DNA of 63,718 nt, counting the filler, from Olpidium bornovanus S191 (taxonomy: Eukaryota > Fungi > Olpidiomycota): NCBI GenBank assembly GCA_017911155.1. It is 29 parts of 29 records of this genome, joined end to end, with 100 filler letters (N's around TTAATTAATTAA, not from the genome) between each part and the next. Parts side by side here need not be neighbours in the genome. Positions count along the whole stretch, not along the records: positions 61,210 to 62,432 come from JAEFCI010013126.1; positions 62,533 to 63,718 come from JAEFCI010007668.1; 27 more parts are not named here. One strand, given 5' to 3'. A model generated the notes under the pieces. It was not told the origin of the DNA. It made no database searches and saw nothing but the letters and a program-made list of their open reading frames with translations. The position numbers and the translations under genes are program-made. Below, piece after piece: positions 61,689 to 63,718 of the stretch. Position 1 is the stretch's first letter. Each line of letters begins with the position of its first letter.

Positions 61689-63635
61689 ACACGGGCGGCG
61701 GCCGCGGCCTGCGGACGTTGCATAACGAGCTCGGGCGTCTTCAGCGCAAGAAAAAAAAAACAAAAAAGAACGCTGGTGTCAAATCACCCTTCTACGTTTC
61801 TTTTTTGGAAAAACGAGCACGCCTGCGCCGGCTGTTGCCGAAGGACCGGCCGCGACGTTTTCAGAAAAGGGACGAGCATCCCACGCAAACGTTAACTATC
61901 AGCGGCGCGGGCGGGCACGGGTCGACGTCACCGCCGGCAGCTTATAAGGCGCGCGACAGCGGTGCTCTCAAATATTTTTCTCCCTTTACAAAACCCTTGC
62001 GACAGGAAACTTAGCTCTTGCAGTACACCACGAAGCACACTTTCCGCGCAGACTATCACCGCAGACGGGAAATAAATAACCAAATGTCGACGCCGCCTGC
62101 GCGCTCGGCACGCGGCGGTAGCCTTATTCTCATTTTTCTTGTCTTTGCCCATTGCCGACCAACGCGGTTTCTGAGTGATCTGGAGACGGCGCCGGTAGCG
62201 GACGGCCAGGTATGGCAAAATGGCCATACCGATGGCGAAAGCCCGTGCGCGCTGTGACAGCAGTTTTAAAAGACAGTTTTGCGGCGCGACGTGGGTCTAC
62301 CGGTTTATAGTCATGCAAAATACAACAGAAAGTGATGAAAATAAACGTAAACGACGGTCAATTGATTATACTTGATTGCAATGAATTGCAAACACGCTAT
62401 ATTGATTTTAATTCAAATTTTAATTTATCAACNNNNNNNNNNNNNNNNNNNNNNNNNNNNNNNNNNNNNNNNNNNNTTAATTAATTAANNNNNNNNNNNN
62501 NNNNNNNNNNNNNNNNNNNNNNNNNNNNNNNNATCATGATGGGTCTGACACCGGTGTGACGCGCGGGAATAAATGTCGGGTGACAAGCTCGGCGTGATAA
62601 CGGGCGGTTTTAGCATTGGGGACGGTGGTAAAATCAACGTTATTGGATAAGTGAAGTGGAGAATGAAAAAAAAAACGTCTAGTTCTTTCCGGGACGGACG
62701 GGGACAGATGGATCGCGGGACGATGTCAGGCCCGATTTGGTGCAGCTGATGAGAAGGCCGGCGGGACGGCAGAGGACGGCGGCCGTACGCAGCTCAGTGA
62801 AGGGCTGGCGGAGTGTGGGCGAACGGAGGATGCGGCGGGCGAGCCCAGGGGCTGATTATGAGGGCTCCGGGCGACAATGCGTCCGGCATTGGACGCCGAC
62901 GGCGCCCGGCTGTGCGGAAAGGCCGCGGCGGCAGAAAACGGAGCCCGTCAGGGTTTCCGTTGGCTACCGTCAGAGTCGCGTTTGGTTTCACGACCTGTTT
63001 AGTTTACTGGTTTCTCGCCCCGGGTTGGGCGCCCAGGTGGTTTTGCTTATTCGGAAAACTTCTGGTGCAGCACAATCCGCAACAAAGATACCGAAACTAA
63101 ACTCAGCGCTAACGGGCTTTGTATGATGCGGGTGCTGCTCCCCCTCCCCGGACGAAGAGGAGCATCACCAAGTGGATCCCTCCCCGCGGGCACCGGACGA
63201 AGATGGATATTACGCAGATTTCCTCCCCGTGAGCAACCGACGCTCCACCAGAGGAGCCCCCCTCCCACACTTTTGGAGCCCCGGGCCGGTTTGCCGTTAA
63301 GAAGATGTCGCGTTTTCGGACCGACCGTGAGTCCAAAACCTTTCCGAGTTACGGTCCGCGCGATGAGGAGTGTTGGATAAAAAGGGGGAGAGCGGGTTTC
63401 ACGTGGAATCAACGGGCAGACGCGCGCGCAGGAACTACTTTCTCTAGTAAACTCCCTGGCATCTTCGCTAGGAAGCAATGTACAAAAACAGACAAAAGGT
63501 AGATAGTGCCAAACGATGACCTCCACACGGAGCTTCGAAATAAAAACCGCCTTCAACTCTGCTCCCCATCTCGTCTTGGCTGCTGCATTCGCGCCTTCCT
63601 CTCCTAGGGTTCGGCTGCGGTGCTCGCGAGCCGCG

Positions 63636-63702
<67 letters not shown>

Positions 63703-63718
63703 CAACCCACCCCCCCAC

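Overview
This is not continuous genomic DNA. It is 29 short eukaryotic contigs joined by 28 artificial 100-bp spacers (44 N + TTAATTAATTAA + 44 N), so gene neighbourhood across spacers is meaningless. The contigs are GC-rich, intron-rich and full of long homopolymer runs. Flagellar genes (MNS1, an ODA docking-complex subunit) occur together with fungal-type genes (Emp65/TAPT1, Tof1, Ski3, CCP-type peroxidase, fungal HMG-CoA reductase) and a ferritin. This points to a zoosporic early-diverging fungus; the composition resembles an Olpidium-like draft assembly, which is inference only. About 18 mostly partial spliced genes and several decayed transposon remnants (Ty3/gypsy, Ty1/copia, piggyBac) can be recognised. 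Best leads: (1) a heavily decayed actinobacterial (Streptomyces-type) guaA fossil on a fungal contig; (2) an intact, intron-containing, probably secreted SdiA-regulated/YjiK-like beta-propeller gene of bacterial character; (3) a CSNAP/COPS9-like small acidic protein; (4) a PKS/NRPS-type thioesterase C-terminus. As a caveat, contig ends are strongly enriched for CATG, and NOT1 and HMG-CoA reductase show apparent internal deletions at CATG sites, suggesting NlaIII-related chimeric joins. No rRNA, tRNA or CRISPR array could be supported.
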